Positions 37,619 through 50,959 of a stretch of DNA of 64,000 nucleotides are shown here, piece by piece. The notes below the pieces were generated by a model that searched no databases, was not told where the DNA came from, and saw only the letters and a program-made list of their open reading frames with translations. Source of the stretch: Syncephalis fuscata S228 (Eukaryota; Fungi; Zoopagomycota); NCBI GenBank assembly GCA_025786725.1, contig JAHLTZ010000009.1, forward strand, positions 248,001 to 312,000. Reading direction: 5' to 3'. Both the position numbers and the translations under genes were made by a program. Positions within the stretch are counted from its first letter, which is position 1. Every line of letters begins with the position of its first letter.

Positions 37619-39921
37619 TTCTCGGTCCATTTCTCTGTTTTCATTATGTTTCTTTCTCATGCGATATGGTTTTTTTTCAAGCTATACTAGCGTTTTTTCC
37701 ATTTATACTGGCACCATTGCTTTATAAAAAAACTTATATTGGCCAGTTATATTAAAGGCAAATTATGCTTACAGTAATAGCATTTATTTTGTATTTAACA
37801 TTTTAATGTAATTAAATTAAATTTATTCACTTATAGAAAGGCAGCACACATCGTATAATAATCAGCGTAGACTTCAGTGTGCTCATTTACGTAACAGGTT
37901 TATCAATCATATCCACGCATTGTTTTCAGTGTATTGTTTTTTGCTTGTTATTTCAGTATAATAATGTGCTGATACGTTCCACTTGCGATTATACTGAAGC
38001 TTTCATGAGTTACAGAATAGCATAAGTACAATTGATTGTGCTATTCTAAGTAATATTGACGGTTCAATAGCCATTTAAATATTTTAGTAATTGTACTGAC
38101 ATAATTACGTATATTTTCTATTTTTATTTATTTGTTGCTTATTACAATCACATCTCTATACTCCATTTGGCAACAATACATTAATACAACGCTGTCTATC
38201 AGTATTCCAATCATATATATTATATTATTGTGCTCAAGAAACGTAGACAATAATTGCCATATAGCACCGAGTAACTGCGTTTAATATACGGTTTGTTATC
38301 CTACAGACAGATACAATATTATTGCATTAACATTATACTGGCACAATCTAAATAAGAGTCAAATGCGTGAAACTTGAATATTGTTATTATTTTATAAAAT
38401 ATACACTGAACTCACATAATGTCATGGTAGGCAGTTTGTAAAAACTAAAACCTTAAAACTATTTAACATGAGAGTAGCTGTTACAAAAATGGCTATGTTG
38501 TGGTAAACATTTGACTAAATAGCAATAGCATTGCTAATGTAAAAATCAATACCCTATTAAAAGATAGACAATTAGACGTGTATTTATGTCGGGCGTATGA
38601 TATTCGTGTATTTTTAACTTAACTTAGAGCAATATAATTGCATAACAGCAATAAAGGCAGAATGTGTTTACTGGTGTTGAAATAGTTTCTAAAAATTATT
38701 TAATTCTATGTTAGATCATTACCACATAAATGTGTATTGCTAACATTGGTGCTGGTTATCACATTGCAACTCGTTATGCTCACTATTGTTTTTATAAATA
38801 AGTTTTCACTAAGCTATGTCGTTGGATTAGCAATTTTATTTATTATGTATAATGAATCCTAATGTTACAATGAAAGTAAAATAGCAACTGTAAGCGTATA
38901 AAAGTATGTAGAACTGCATATTAGATGAGTTTGCTGATAGTAAGAAATATCAGTTATATAGTTAGTTTCTAAATAAGCGGAAAATAGTAACTTTTATGAT
39001 GTTGCATCATACGCTACTCTTGGTGCTTATAAAATAGATGGATGCAAATGTGATCCTAGCCTTCAAACAATAGAACCAGCATTAGAATAACAAAACAAAA
39101 TGAAATGCATATAGTTAATATGCCTTGGGGAATTAATATAAAAAATGGAGGATTAGTACTGACCTGAACAGTTCAAAAATATGCCAATGATATGATTATA
39201 ATTGCCAGTATTTCTAATACATCTGAAGATTATCTAGGAAAATATATATTTACAGATTTAGCGCTAAAGATGCTTTAGAAAAAGTCCCAATTACTACTGG
39301 CACACATATTAAATTTCTTCTCTCTTTTGCAATGCAGTATGTAGTAAGTGGAAAACAATAGAACACATCAACAATTAAATCACTAGCAGATTAGCATGGC
39401 ATCTGTAACGTGCATAATGTTACATTTACATTATTACATCATTTAGCCATTTGATTTATATTACAATACTAGCATATCACTATTAGCTATACTCAATACA
39501 ATCAAATTCATATTGTCTAATTTAATAATAATATAAGTGCTTAAAAGATATATACTACTAGATAATGAGACTACATTTATGAGTAGTTTAGGCTTTGATG
39601 TCATTTACCACACAGCTCTATGTCCAATAAATTAAATGTCTAGTTTAGCTGTGTAAATGTTTAATAGTATTAAATTTACAATTCAAGGTGGCAATTTTAC
39701 TAATCAAGAAGACAGAGTTTTATGATTTGGCTGGCGGTAAAGTTAGTGGCAAAGCTAGCATTGCTGTATTTTGTTTATCCCCATAAAGTTACAATTCACA
39801 TTTAATTCGTCATCTTTGCGTCTTTCCCATTTCCTGTAATATCTTTTCTTTTTACAACACTTCACACTCACACACGCGCACATTAGCTTATTGACTCAAA
39901 AGAGTATTTATTGCTGTTGCG

Positions 39922-40638
39922 ATGGCCAGTAAAAATAAAAGTGTCTCTTCTTCCTCTTCCGATGTCGAAACTAGTATAGATCATCCAAGTACAACTAGCG
40001 AATCATCTGCAAAAACGATTCCTAAAGAAGATAAAGCTTCTGTTGCGGCTGATGACAACGCTGCGTTTTCAAATGACGGCACGATGACCTGGGGTCCTTG
40101 GCAGGCTTGTTGGGACGATACCTCAGCCGCCTACTATTACTGGAACGCCGAGACAAATGAAACAACTTGGATTTGTCCATGGGCTCAACCAACAACGACT
40201 GTGCCGCCACCACCACTGCCACCTTCCGAAAACACACCTTCCGACAATAATGAGGAAAAGGAAGGCTCTGATGCGTATACAGCTGAACAGTACCCACTAA
40301 TGAATGACGAAGATGCACAAACATATGCTGAATTTATGGCATCAGGTGGCGGTACTCCAGGATCTGCTACCAATGGTGGATACGCAGCAAGTGCACACTT
40401 TAATGCTCGCACCGGTCGATTTCAGGCCGATCTAAAGCTAAATCCCGATAACTATACTACATCTGCTCGTATGCAACGGCAATGTGATGCGTTCTTTGAC
40501 TACAATAGCTTTGCAGCTGAACGTGGCACAGGCAATAAAAGGGCAAAACTAACCAAGCAGCAACTGGATAAAGCGAAAAAGCGCAACAAAGAGAAGCGGG
40601 AGGCGCGTAAGCGAGCCTGGTTAAACGCCATTGATTAG
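39922..40638 (+). CDS. WW-domain protein
   Basis: WQACWDDTSAAYYYWNAETNETTWICP, FNARTGRFQ, and a basic C-terminus KRNKEKREARKRAWL. Confidence 0.85.
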   Translation: MASKNKSVSSSSSDVETSIDHPSTTSESSAKTIPKEDKASVAADDNAAFSNDGTMTWGPWQACWDDTSAAYYYWNAETNETTWICPWAQPTTTVPPPPLPPSENTPSDNNEEKEGSDAYTAEQYPLMNDEDAQTYAEFMASGGGTPGSATNGGYAASAHFNARTGRFQADLKLNPDNYTTSARMQRQCDAFFDYNSFAAERGTGNKRAKLTKQQLDKAKKRNKEKREARKRAWLNAID

Positions 40639-40898
40639 ATTTGCAATCACGTATTTGTGACATTGGGCAATAACAATAATAATCATAGCAATAAATGTAT
40701 TTGTATAAATTAATGCATGATCTTCTTCAAAACAAACTATATTAATTAACGAACACTTGGTCTCATCTCATTATTCAATAATAACAACAACAAAAGTGGC
40801 AATAGCAACAATAGCAACAATAATGGCAATAGCAATATGTGCTGCAAATGTAATGTGCGACTAATTTGTGCGGGCCAGCGCCATAAAAATAGCACATA

Positions 40899-42485
40899 TT
40901 AGGTGGGAGTAGGTGTTTGTGAAGATGCTGCTGGTGTACTACTAGTACCAGTACTATCAGGTGAAGCCGCGTTAAAAGCTTGTTTGGACGGCAAAATAAC
41001 GTAGACATAGACCACGACGATAATAATAATAATTAAAATGAGTAGAAGTGTAATCAAGCACCACATTCTCTGTAAACAGCGTGGTGAGATAATAATCAAA
41101 TTCTATCATGAATAATCTTACCTTGCGTGCACTTTTACGATGAACAATGGCTGTATCAATGTGTTTTACTGCTGTTTCGGTGTAATTGGCCGCATTGGTC
41201 ACATTATTCTCAATAGAGTCGATCATTTGGCCTTGCGATTCTACTAATGTTTGCATTTCTTGGAAAAGTGTGTGCAATTCCTAATAGATATATAGATTAA
41301 CAATGATGTATACATGGGCAGTATAATACAAACTTACCAAAATAGTTTGTTCGATACGTCTAATGTCTTCATGACGTTCTTGTACTTCTCGCAAAGCTCG
41401 CTTTGCCTCTCCGTGTCTAGTAGATTGTAATAGCTATTATAGCAATAAGTTACTGAACAATAATGGTCATGATAAATAAACTTACTTCTTGGGCAAATAG
41501 CTGGTTGCCAGTATTACTATCCAGTGCTGCATCAACTTCGGCTTGAGTAGCATTGGGGCAAACTGACAAATATTGCCGCGTTATACTTCTATATATGTGT
41601 GTATATACGAGTTATTGGCTTACCAATTCGGTATTGTCGTTCCATGCGTTCTCGGTATTTTTGCCGGAACTGTTGTTCAACCTGTTGGTACCGTTGCACA
41701 GCATCAAGAAACTTGCGCTTTAGTTGTGCACACTACTATAGCTGTAAGTTAAAGGTGTTTTACTGTTGTATCAATAACGTACCTGACTTTTACGAATCTG
41801 AAGATCACCAGAGGAAGAAGGTACTTTCTGATTGGCAATTTCAATAGCTAATATGCATCATAAGTCACTGCTTTCGTGGCTGGTTGTAAAGCTGTTATAG
41901 CGCCTTACCTTTGATGCGGCCTTTAATTTCCATCATAAGCTTGCGGGTCTCAGAAACATGATAGTCCATTTCCTGGCTGAGTTCTATTAAACGTTTGGAA
42001 TAGACATTAAGTGATAGTTCATTCTAGTTGACATGTATGGTATGCAATTGCTAATAAGGATACTGGCTGACTGGTCGTCGCTAATGTTCACCAACGATTG
42101 CTGGTGCAATTCCTCAATACGAGCCACGCTTGTCTGGATCTGTCCAAGCGAGTCTTGGATGTATTGAATCTACATCAACCATGCAAACGAAGAAGCATAT
42201 CAATATCCAATAGTATGTTGGACTGCATTGATATCATGCAGCTCACGTGATATTGACAAGGCGTTATTTCGTCGACTACTTACCTCTTGGAAGAACTGGT
42301 CCATAGAGGATTGGCCGCTCATCTGGCCCATTTCCATAGCAGGTCCATGGTCACCAATGGCCGCGCCTCGTTCTGGCTACCACGGGCCGCCTATAGTCAT
42401 TTGTTAGAGCAATGATACACATGCAAGCACTCAAGTCTGCGTCTTCATTTTTGCTTACTTGAAGCTCTTGAAGGCGATCGCGCAT
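40899..42485 (-). CDS. SSO1: Plasma-membrane syntaxin (Sso1/2-like Qa-SNARE)
   Basis: MRDRLQEL start, MDQFFQEI, YRERMERQYRI, ALREVQERHEDIRRIEQTI, LFQEMQTLVESQGQMIDSIENNV, C-terminal TM segment. Confidence 0.92.
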
Positions 42486-43111
42486 GTTGGTAGGGGTTTT
42501 CGAGAACGTGAAATTTATGTATGGTCGAGAAGTATGAAACTAGTAAGAAGTTGAGTTTAGAAGTTAAGTTATATGAGCGGAGTGGCACTAAGTTAAAAAA
42601 GCCCCGCGATTGCTAAACTAGGCAGTAATAAATGTGCAATCTCCGCAAGGTTTCTAGGAATAATAAAGAGGAGTAAAATAGAACAAGTGGTAAAGAAGTA
42701 TGATACAAACAATCACTTGACTGGGGATACGTTTATTTAAAGGAATGTTTGCGTTATTAGTGGCGTAGAATGTGCCGCGTGCTATTACTGTACAAATGCA
42801 ATACGACGCCACATGGCAAAAACACATGTCGATACCCGAGCATTTTAACTGGTGTTTTATAAAATAATTTTTGTTAAATGTAAAAAAATATAAAATTAAG
42901 TATAGCATGTTGTATGTAATGATGATTCAGCTTATATCGGTATCAGTATTAGTTTAAATGATTAAGTATTACTTGTAGTGACAGTTATGTGTGTACTCTG
43001 AAAATGCATAGTTGATGCATGTACAATCGGGTACTTATTTAGTTGTTATTCCATATATACACGTGTATTTAGCAACGGGTATAAAAACTATAGCTGCCGC
43101 TGTATTGATGG

Positions 43112-44101
43112 CTAATTTGATTCGATTGACCTAATAGTATCGATTTGTGACAAATTAATCATAAACTGAGTTTTGGGACGATTTGTACAAACGGTATTGC
43201 GCATATTGTAGCAATGGTTAATTAATATGGTACTAACAAGTAGACTATACATATGTTAAACAGGTTATAGTATGCAGCTGTTATTGCGTTCTTACCAGTC
43301 TACGACAAATAATGCGTCTACATTTACCCATCCACCTGAAAGGTAATGACCAGTGAAGTGAACGTGTTGCAGAGCGTGGCGATACCCATGGGGTTTGGAC
43401 ACCATCTTTTGCCAATTTCTTCCAGGCATCCGAGCCAAATATACGGTATTGCTTCCAAGCAACTAAAGAAAAATGCTTGAAAAGAATACATTAAGTGGTG
43501 CGTTCATGGCAAGCCAATACCATAGCAAGGAACGCGGGTAATAAAACATGCAGCCAAGGCCTGCTGTCTCGATAAAAAAGCAGTAGAATAGCACTAGAAA
43601 TCCATAAGCCATTTGAGGCAACATCATAAGTATGCTGACCCATATAAACCATTTTTTTGATAAAATACCAAATAAGCTTTACGAAGCAAATTATATTATT
43701 GTTAAGCATGGCTATTGATGCACCAAATGCCATAAGCAACAGTGTTATGCGACAATTGAATATACAGCCCACTTGTGTTGTTATATAAATTGTATTCACA
43801 ATCGTAAGTACAATAGAGCTGCTTAAACAACACCAGGGCAATACAGTATGTGGACGTGCAATAGTCATACGAATACTTATAATTAAGTTGTAAATAAAAC
43901 CCATCCCCATATGGTGTTAATTATTATCTGTATTTGATTGCCTATTAGACGAAGGCGCTGTTCTTTTACATTGCCAGAAGCTTCCATGTAAAAATTGTTT
44001 ATGTTGACTTCACCAAGCGGATGTACTAAGACACCCCATGATGTTGTGGCGTTCATCATCCATTCCGTGCTGGCTGGATCGTTGTAATTTATAATAGGCA
44101 T
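43112..44101 (-). CDS. Orphan 7TM-like family copy B (several frameshifts; pseudogene or assembly error)
   Basis: N-terminus YNDPASTEWMMNATTSWGVLVHPLGE is similar to copy A (YNTGLGTEWLKNATYLGSIPLHPFGE). Also WKQYRIFGSDAWKKLAKDGVQ and the same intron position after VD. Confidence 0.7.
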
Positions 44102-46052
44102 TGTAGAAGATGATGTAAAGTGGAATATGTATAGTAATATTTTGTAATATGGTTAAATGGATATTGCGTGCTGTTCAAATACAAAAGAAAAGTTCTATAC
44201 AAAGAAAAACACAGTGCATCGCCATAAGCTACATGTTTTTTCCACATGAGTTGTATAAACCGGTTGTGTACAGCTGGCCAATGGTTTAGAAGGTTACTTG
44301 CGGCTCACTTTCCAAGACAGCACTACTATTGGCAATACCTCTTTTAGTTTGTTTATTTTGGCAAAATATAATTATGTCTAAAATAATAATACACTTAATA
44401 TTGTTTTTATCGTTCCCACATAAACGTCACAGTCGTTGCTCCGTATAATATAATGCATTTTTAATCTACAATTACATTTATAGTAACAGTGCAAAAATAA
44501 AATAAACCAGTATCTATTTGAATGTTCAATATACATGGGATCAAATGTCTAACAACGAACATAGCATAGTATAAAACGATATTTTGTTGAATGCTGACTG
44601 TGCTGAATTATTTGGTGCCAATCTTTCCAATGCAGCTAAAGACAATGAAAATCTAAATCTTTCAAAATACCCGTAATATGACTTACCTTTGCTTCAGATG
44701 TAATGACTAAATTTACTCTCTTCTTATACACGTCAATTCAATTACTATGTTTAAATAATATGAAATGCTTATTTGATCTGATAGCACTTTTCACACTGAA
44801 ATTGGTGTTTTTGAACGCTAAATATTTACCATTAAATACGTGCTGCCCAATGATCACTGTTGACAATTTGTGGATCCTGAGTAGCACTAAAAGTAAAACT
44901 ATTACTTGTTTTTTACAGAGTCATGTAATATTGCTCAAGCTACTAATTGGTATTGGCTACGAGAAGTAAACTGAATACAAGTGTATAATTATTCAATATT
45001 TAATTCTGGGTCTTTTGTCCAACAACTTTCATTTAGATTAAATAGAAGACATTTTAATACTGCTTTTGCATATAATTGGTTTGTATAAGCATCTAGTTAT
45101 TATAAATGTTAATTAATTTAGGTATTTCAAATCCTGGACTGTCTCTAGATTTACGTTAAAAATAATTAATTAATATAGTTATTAGTAATAGTAATTAGTA
45201 TTTACTTATTGAATTACCAAAGCCACAGAGTTTACATCACAGCATGTATGCTTCAAAAAGCCCGCCGTCGTTAAAATCTACTCAGCTGATATGGACAACT
45301 GATAAACAATATGCAAATGTTCTAGATTCCATAATGTTATTTTTAGTTTGCTTGCTATTAAGGCGTTTTGATGGTTGCTATCTGCTCCCAAAATCTAAAG
45401 ATTTTTAGTCAAAGACAACGTCCAAACCACGTATTAGGCTTTATTCTAGTATGACTGGAGGTATATTTGTACTTTTCAGTTTTTATTGATAACTGCAACT
45501 AAGCAAATGATATAGTGTAATCGGCTCACTTATTTCTAATTGAAGGCTGCTGTAAAATTTGAAATAGACTAAATGTACTTAATTATTCAAAAACAACAAA
45601 AACTATTCTATTTTTTATAAATTCCATCAGCAATAAACAAAAGATTGCATAACAGCCCAAGCAGTTATTAAAATATTACAAATAATGCAATCATATTGCC
45701 AAGAATACTTGTATAAATTGTTAGTGTACCGTAATAATATTTGCAAATTTTTACAGAGCATAGCTGTTTGGGCAATATAGTCATTAAAGTTGCGATAGCC
45801 CTATTCAGCTTGCTGCAGGCTCGCTATTTGCCTTGGATAGTAGGCTAGCAGCAAATTCAAGGAGTGCAATATGACAGGTCTATTTATAAAAACCAGTTTT
45901 GGGTCTTCAATATAGGCATCTAGGCCTTTAAGGAATTACATTTAATTCTTACCATTTTCACGCAACCCTTCATTTTATACACCATATACATTATATCCAC
46001 GTACCTATAATACACTAACTAACGGCATACTTGCTAGTAGCACTGCATTAAA

Positions 46053-47040
46053 ATGAGAACATCACAAAATGGAGATGCATCCAATCCGTTTCCTATTATA
46101 TCTTCTGATTCATACCCGATGGACACTTACGAAGTTATGAAAGGAACTCCCGATAGTTTGAAAGAAATGCGAAAACAATTAATATATATTTGGCTACAGC
46201 TCGCAGCCCATGTTATTATAAACTATATTCAAGTGCGCAATATCAAGATTGCCCTTCGATTAGTTATAGAGCAGCCGCGAGCATTGCAAGATGGTGTTGC
46301 TTGATACCTTCAGTTTTATGCATTGGCGTATCAGTACTTACAATCATGTTCAATTTTATCAAAGTCTTTGGCATAAATGTACTAGTATTTTATTGGATGT
46401 GGGCCATTCCCGTTGCCCGCGCATGCTACAGTATGACTATATTGCAAAAAGCGTACACAATATCACGTAAAAATCGTTGGGTACTTGTAATAGGAATAAT
46501 ATTAACTCTTCTACAAGTGGTATTGCCTAGTGCCTTGTTTAATATTCGTATTATTATGGATACGGAAACTTACCGTAATGGCTCGATACATTATGCACCC
46601 TTTTCAGTGCTAATCTGGTACACTATGTCCCTACCTGTCAACATATTTCTTTCGTCAGTATTCAGTTACGCGGCCTATAAGCAATACCGCAAATTTGGTT
46701 CTAAAATCTGGAGACGTTTGGCCAGAGACGGCATTGAATCCATTTGTCTTGTCATACTTTCTAATACAATTTTAAACGTTCTATTGTATCTTGTTAAAGC
46801 TTGCGATCTTTATATGTTTTTCTGTTTTATTGACTGGTAAACCTGAGCAATCGCAATATTTGTTCCATACTAACACATGTCTATTTTAGTGTAATCTGTT
46901 CAACTGTTTTACTTGAAAGCTGCCGTAGAACACGCCATATATTAAATGGAGCCAACCAGCCAATGACCGAGAAAATGCTTCATATTTCACAAATACCATC
47001 GCCAACATGGGACAAAATAACTATTACTGCATTTAAATAG
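46053..47040 (+). CDS. Orphan 7TM-like family copy C (1-nt deletion near 46283)
   Basis: WCCLIPS, ILQKAY, YKQYRKFGSKIWRRLARDGIE, conserved 3' intron. Nearly identical to copy D from codon ~26 onward. Confidence 0.78.
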
Positions 47041-47812
47041 TCAACTATACCGTAGCACAATCAATATATTTATCGCCCCTGGCATTCTTGGCAACAGTTG
47101 TACTGCACAATAAACTAGATTCAATTGTTGCTGGAACATCGCAATACAAGTGTCATTATAAAAACAGAATGTCTGCAAATGTCTAAAAATATAGACTAGT
47201 ACAATACATTTATTCAAATATATACAACCAAGTAGATATTTAGTGTACAACTATTTAATATTGCACAAATGTCACGCAGCTTGCTATCGCATTTTTCACA
47301 GTTTAGTACACTTGGAATAAGAATAAGAATAATAAGAATAATAAATACAATTTATTCATGTTATTCTGAATAACAATACCTTTTTGTTTAGTCACTGCGC
47401 GATAGCGAATGTCTATTGCTGCATCGATTGCTTGCATGTATTTAAGCAATAAATAGATATCACAAAGTTTAATTAATGTTTACAATCTATTTCTATGTTT
47501 TAATCAAATTGCTGTTTAATTACATTTTTAGATTATTTGCGTTTTATTGCATATTAATAACCATGAACGATTAAACCAAGTGTCTAGAAGTAGCTTGAAA
47601 AAAATACCAAATCACATTGGATATTCCACCGCTTTATTCGCTTTCATTGTTGTTGGTACACTATTCAGTCTGTATTGCATCCATCTGGGCGTCACAGTGT
47701 ATGTGTCATATATGATTGATAATTGAAGAAGCGACTGTACTAACATTAACAATATGTAAATACTATAAAATATGATAAAATATTTCATTTATTTTAATAA
47801 AGACACGAAACA
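46127..47812 (+). repeat. ~1.7 kb near-identical direct repeat, copy 1
   Basis: Matches 58246-59938 with only a handful of differences. Confidence 0.95.
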
Positions 47813-47961
47813 ATTAAAAAAGTTTTTTGGGTGTTAGTTTACAGCTAGATCTCAAGTATAGATAAGAAAAATGACTGGCCGTTTATTATGATGTTATTTA
47901 GCGTAACAATAGCTTAATATATTATCAATCAATACATGCCGATGTTATCTGATATATCAAC

Positions 47962-48059
47962 TGCTAAACTAAACATTGGAGATAAGATAAGCTAATTGTA
48001 AAATTAAAATAGATCGCACTTTGTAGTGACTTATCATATCTCCAGTGTTTAGTTTAGCA
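47962..48059. repeat. Foldback with 30-bp arms (28/30 match) and a 38-nt spacer
   Basis: TGCTAAACTAAACATTGGAGATAAGATAAG versus the reverse complement of CTTATCATATCTCCAGTGTTTAGTTTAGCA. Confidence 0.85.
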
Positions 48060-48405
48060 CTATCATTTTATTGTGTAGTATAAAGTGCAATTGACTAAAT
48101 ATTACGAATATCATTAATGCTACAAAAGGCCTTTTGAAACATCTGCCACGTTGCTAATTATTTTGAATCGATAACAGATACTACAGTATTTAACCACCGA
48201 TCTTTAGCATTATCACAAGTGGTATTACTTGTTATGGAACTGGCCATAATTCGTTCCAGTCGGTACCAGTAATTGGATTAACTGATAATCGTGTGTCGGA
48301 CATACAAACAAAAAATGGGCGTGCTACTTTCCAATTGATGACGTTGATGAACATTTCAACAGTCAATTATCATGTGAATAATCTTTCCATGAAGGGAAAT
48401 AATAT

Positions 48406-48427
48406 ATGGCGCCATCGATGGTGACAT
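48406..48427. promoter_or_regulatory. CYS-3/MetR-type bZIP palindrome ATGGCGCCAT plus an adjacent near-match
   Basis: Perfect ATGRYRYCAT at 48406-48415 and ATGGTGACAT at 48418-48427, about 0.9 kb upstream of SAM synthetase. Confidence 0.4.
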
Positions 48428-49332
48428 TATCGAGTGTGCTGATTGGTGGAAAATAAAAGCGGCTTCTAAGGCACAGTTTTTTTATCAATTTTATTATTGA
48501 TACTGCTACGAAGAAAAGTAGCAGCAATAATAACAGCAAAGCCCAATGCGTGAGAAAAGGAAAAAAGAAAAAGAAAATTAATGCATGTCAGTATGTCTGC
48601 CTATGTCACACTCCTGCGATTAATTAAAGCAATTAATAACAGTATTAATAATGGCAATTAGTCATTCAATTGATGAGATGTCAGTCGGCCGACAGTCTTA
48701 CCTTCACTACAAGACAGACAAATAGCTGTCGTCTCCAAGCTTGGTTGACAGTTGATTCAAAGCATAATGAAGAGCACAGCTAATTGAGCGGTGCCCCAAC
48801 CGGCCGGCAAGATAGGTGGAAGACAAGCGAATGGGCGGGTGTGTGATGGTTCGTTATGAGCACGCCATCGTATTCCGACACCTAAAAAGAACACGATATC
48901 TGTATTGTCATCACCAATAGCGAGCACCCTTCCATTACTGTACCAGCCTGTGTGCACTGCCTCTGCTTCTTTCTCTTGTTCGTTCGTCCGTCGGTCCGTC
49001 ACTGTTATCGCTCCACACCTGTCGGTGTTTATCAAATAGTTTTCTGCTATAAAAGGTTTCCAGTAAGTTTGTCTATTCGCGCCTCCTTACCTTTCTGCTG
49101 TTGTCTGGCTATCTCTCCTGTTTGCCTTCGCTCTAGTAGCTCTTGCTTACTCGTTCGTTCTCGTTTGTCTGTCACGTCCGTTTGGCCTTTAACTACTGCG
49201 CAACTATCACTAGCGTTTATTTTTTTTTTACTTTTTTATTCGTCCTAGCATTATTACTTGCTTGTACTGCGCTGTCATTGCCCTCAGTCCCTTTTACTCT
49301 ACGCTCCATATTAACGTTTGCCTATTATCTTG

Positions 49333-50638
49333 ATGCCAGCCTCTGAAATGTCCAATACATTCCTTTTCACCTCCGAGTCTGTTGGTGAAGGACACCCAGG
49401 TAGGTTAGCATGCGCCATATACTACAAGCGACATTGTACATGACGCTATATCCATAAGTGGTTACCATAGCGACGATAATTGCAAAACATTAGTACCATT
49501 AGAAATACAAAAGACTAATTAATGTTATTTATTGATAGACAAAATCTGTGACCAAGTCTCCGATGCCATCCTAGATGCCTGTCTACTCGAGGATCCTTAC
49601 TCGAAGGTTGCCTGCGAGACGGCAACCAAGACTGGTATGGTGATGGTTTTTGGTGAAATCACGACATCGGCCAAGCTAGATTTCCAAAAAATTATTCGCG
49701 ATGCCATCAAAGCCATCGGCTATGACGACTCTGCCAAAGGCTTCGACTACAAAACTTGTAATGTTTTGGTAGCTATTGAGCAACAATCGCCCGAAATTGC
49801 CCAAGGTCTCGTGCAGCGTGGTGCCGCCATCGAAGACACCGGTGCTGGTGATCAGGGCATTATGTTCGGCTATGCTACCGATGAGACGCCCGAGTACATG
49901 CCATTCACCATCACCATGGCCCACAAGCTTAACATGAAGATGTCTGAGCTGCGCCGTGATGGCACTCTTAGCTGGTTGCGTCCCGACTCAAAAACCCAAG
50001 TCACCGCCGAGTACCGCAACGAGGACGGCGCCATGGTGCCTATCCGCGTCCACACTGTGGTCATTTCCGCGCAGCATGCACCTGAAGTGAGCAACGAAGA
50101 GATTCGCTCAGCATTGCTTGAAAAGGTCATTCGGGCCGTCATTCCAGCCGAATTCCTCGATGACAACACAATCTTCCATTTGCAGCCATCGGGCAAGTTT
50201 ATCATTGGTGGCCCACAAGGCGATGCCGGTCTTACTGGCCGTAAGATTATCGTCGACACCTATGGTGGCTGGGGTGCCCACGGTGGCGGCGCTTTCTCCG
50301 GCAAAGATTGGTCCAAGGTTGATCGCAGTGCTGCTTATTCGGCCCGTTGGATTGCTAAATCGCTTGTCCATGCCAAATTGGCACGTCGCTGCCTCGTGCA
50401 GCTCAGCTACGCCATTGGTGTTGCCGAGCCACTTAGCATCTTTGTCGATACTTACGGCACTGGCCGTCGCAGCAACGAGGAATTGCTCAAGATTGTCCAC
50501 GACAACTTTGACCTTCGCCCAGGTGTCATTGTCCGTGAACTCAACCTAACCAAGCCAATCTACCGCCGCACCGCTTGCTACGGTCACTTTGGTCGCGAAG
50601 AGTTCACATGGGAACAACCAAAAGAACTCAAGTTCTAA
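49333..50638 (+). CDS. SAM2: S-adenosylmethionine synthetase
   Basis: [13 protein letters not shown]|[25 protein letters not shown]. One ~139-nt intron. Strong C-ending codon bias. Confidence 0.98.
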
Positions 50639-50959
50639 CTGACTACTTGACCAAGGATTGCATTTAGTATTATCTTTGCTATCTCCATCATCTTGCCATT
50701 ATTATGTTTTCAAATAAATTTCGATACAAAATACAGCTTTTATCATACAATATATTTTGTTTATTATTGTCTAAATAGAGCGTAGATGAAGCTGCATAAC
50801 ATAACATATATGTGTATATGTGGTAATACAGCTGAGTGATTGACCATATATTGTGTGTGAAAAAACTCTAAATATGCTAGTTATTATTAAGTAACAAAAT
50901 TTTAAGCCATTACATGACAATAACATCAATAGTTTATTTAGTTGGCTGTTTTTTATCTG

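Noticed and set aside
39388-39400. AGATTAGCATGGC, matching part of U6 snRNA
   Set aside because: The flanks lack the ACAGAGA box and the rest of U6, so this is a chance 13-mer.
47041-47250. Duplicated 69-aa minus-strand ORFs (also 59162-59371)
   Set aside because: They lie in the duplicated 3' flank, use a non-ATG start and show no coding features.
49676-50549. Several long overlapping or antisense ORFs on SAM synthetase
   Set aside because: They are a by-product of strong codon bias in the real gene.
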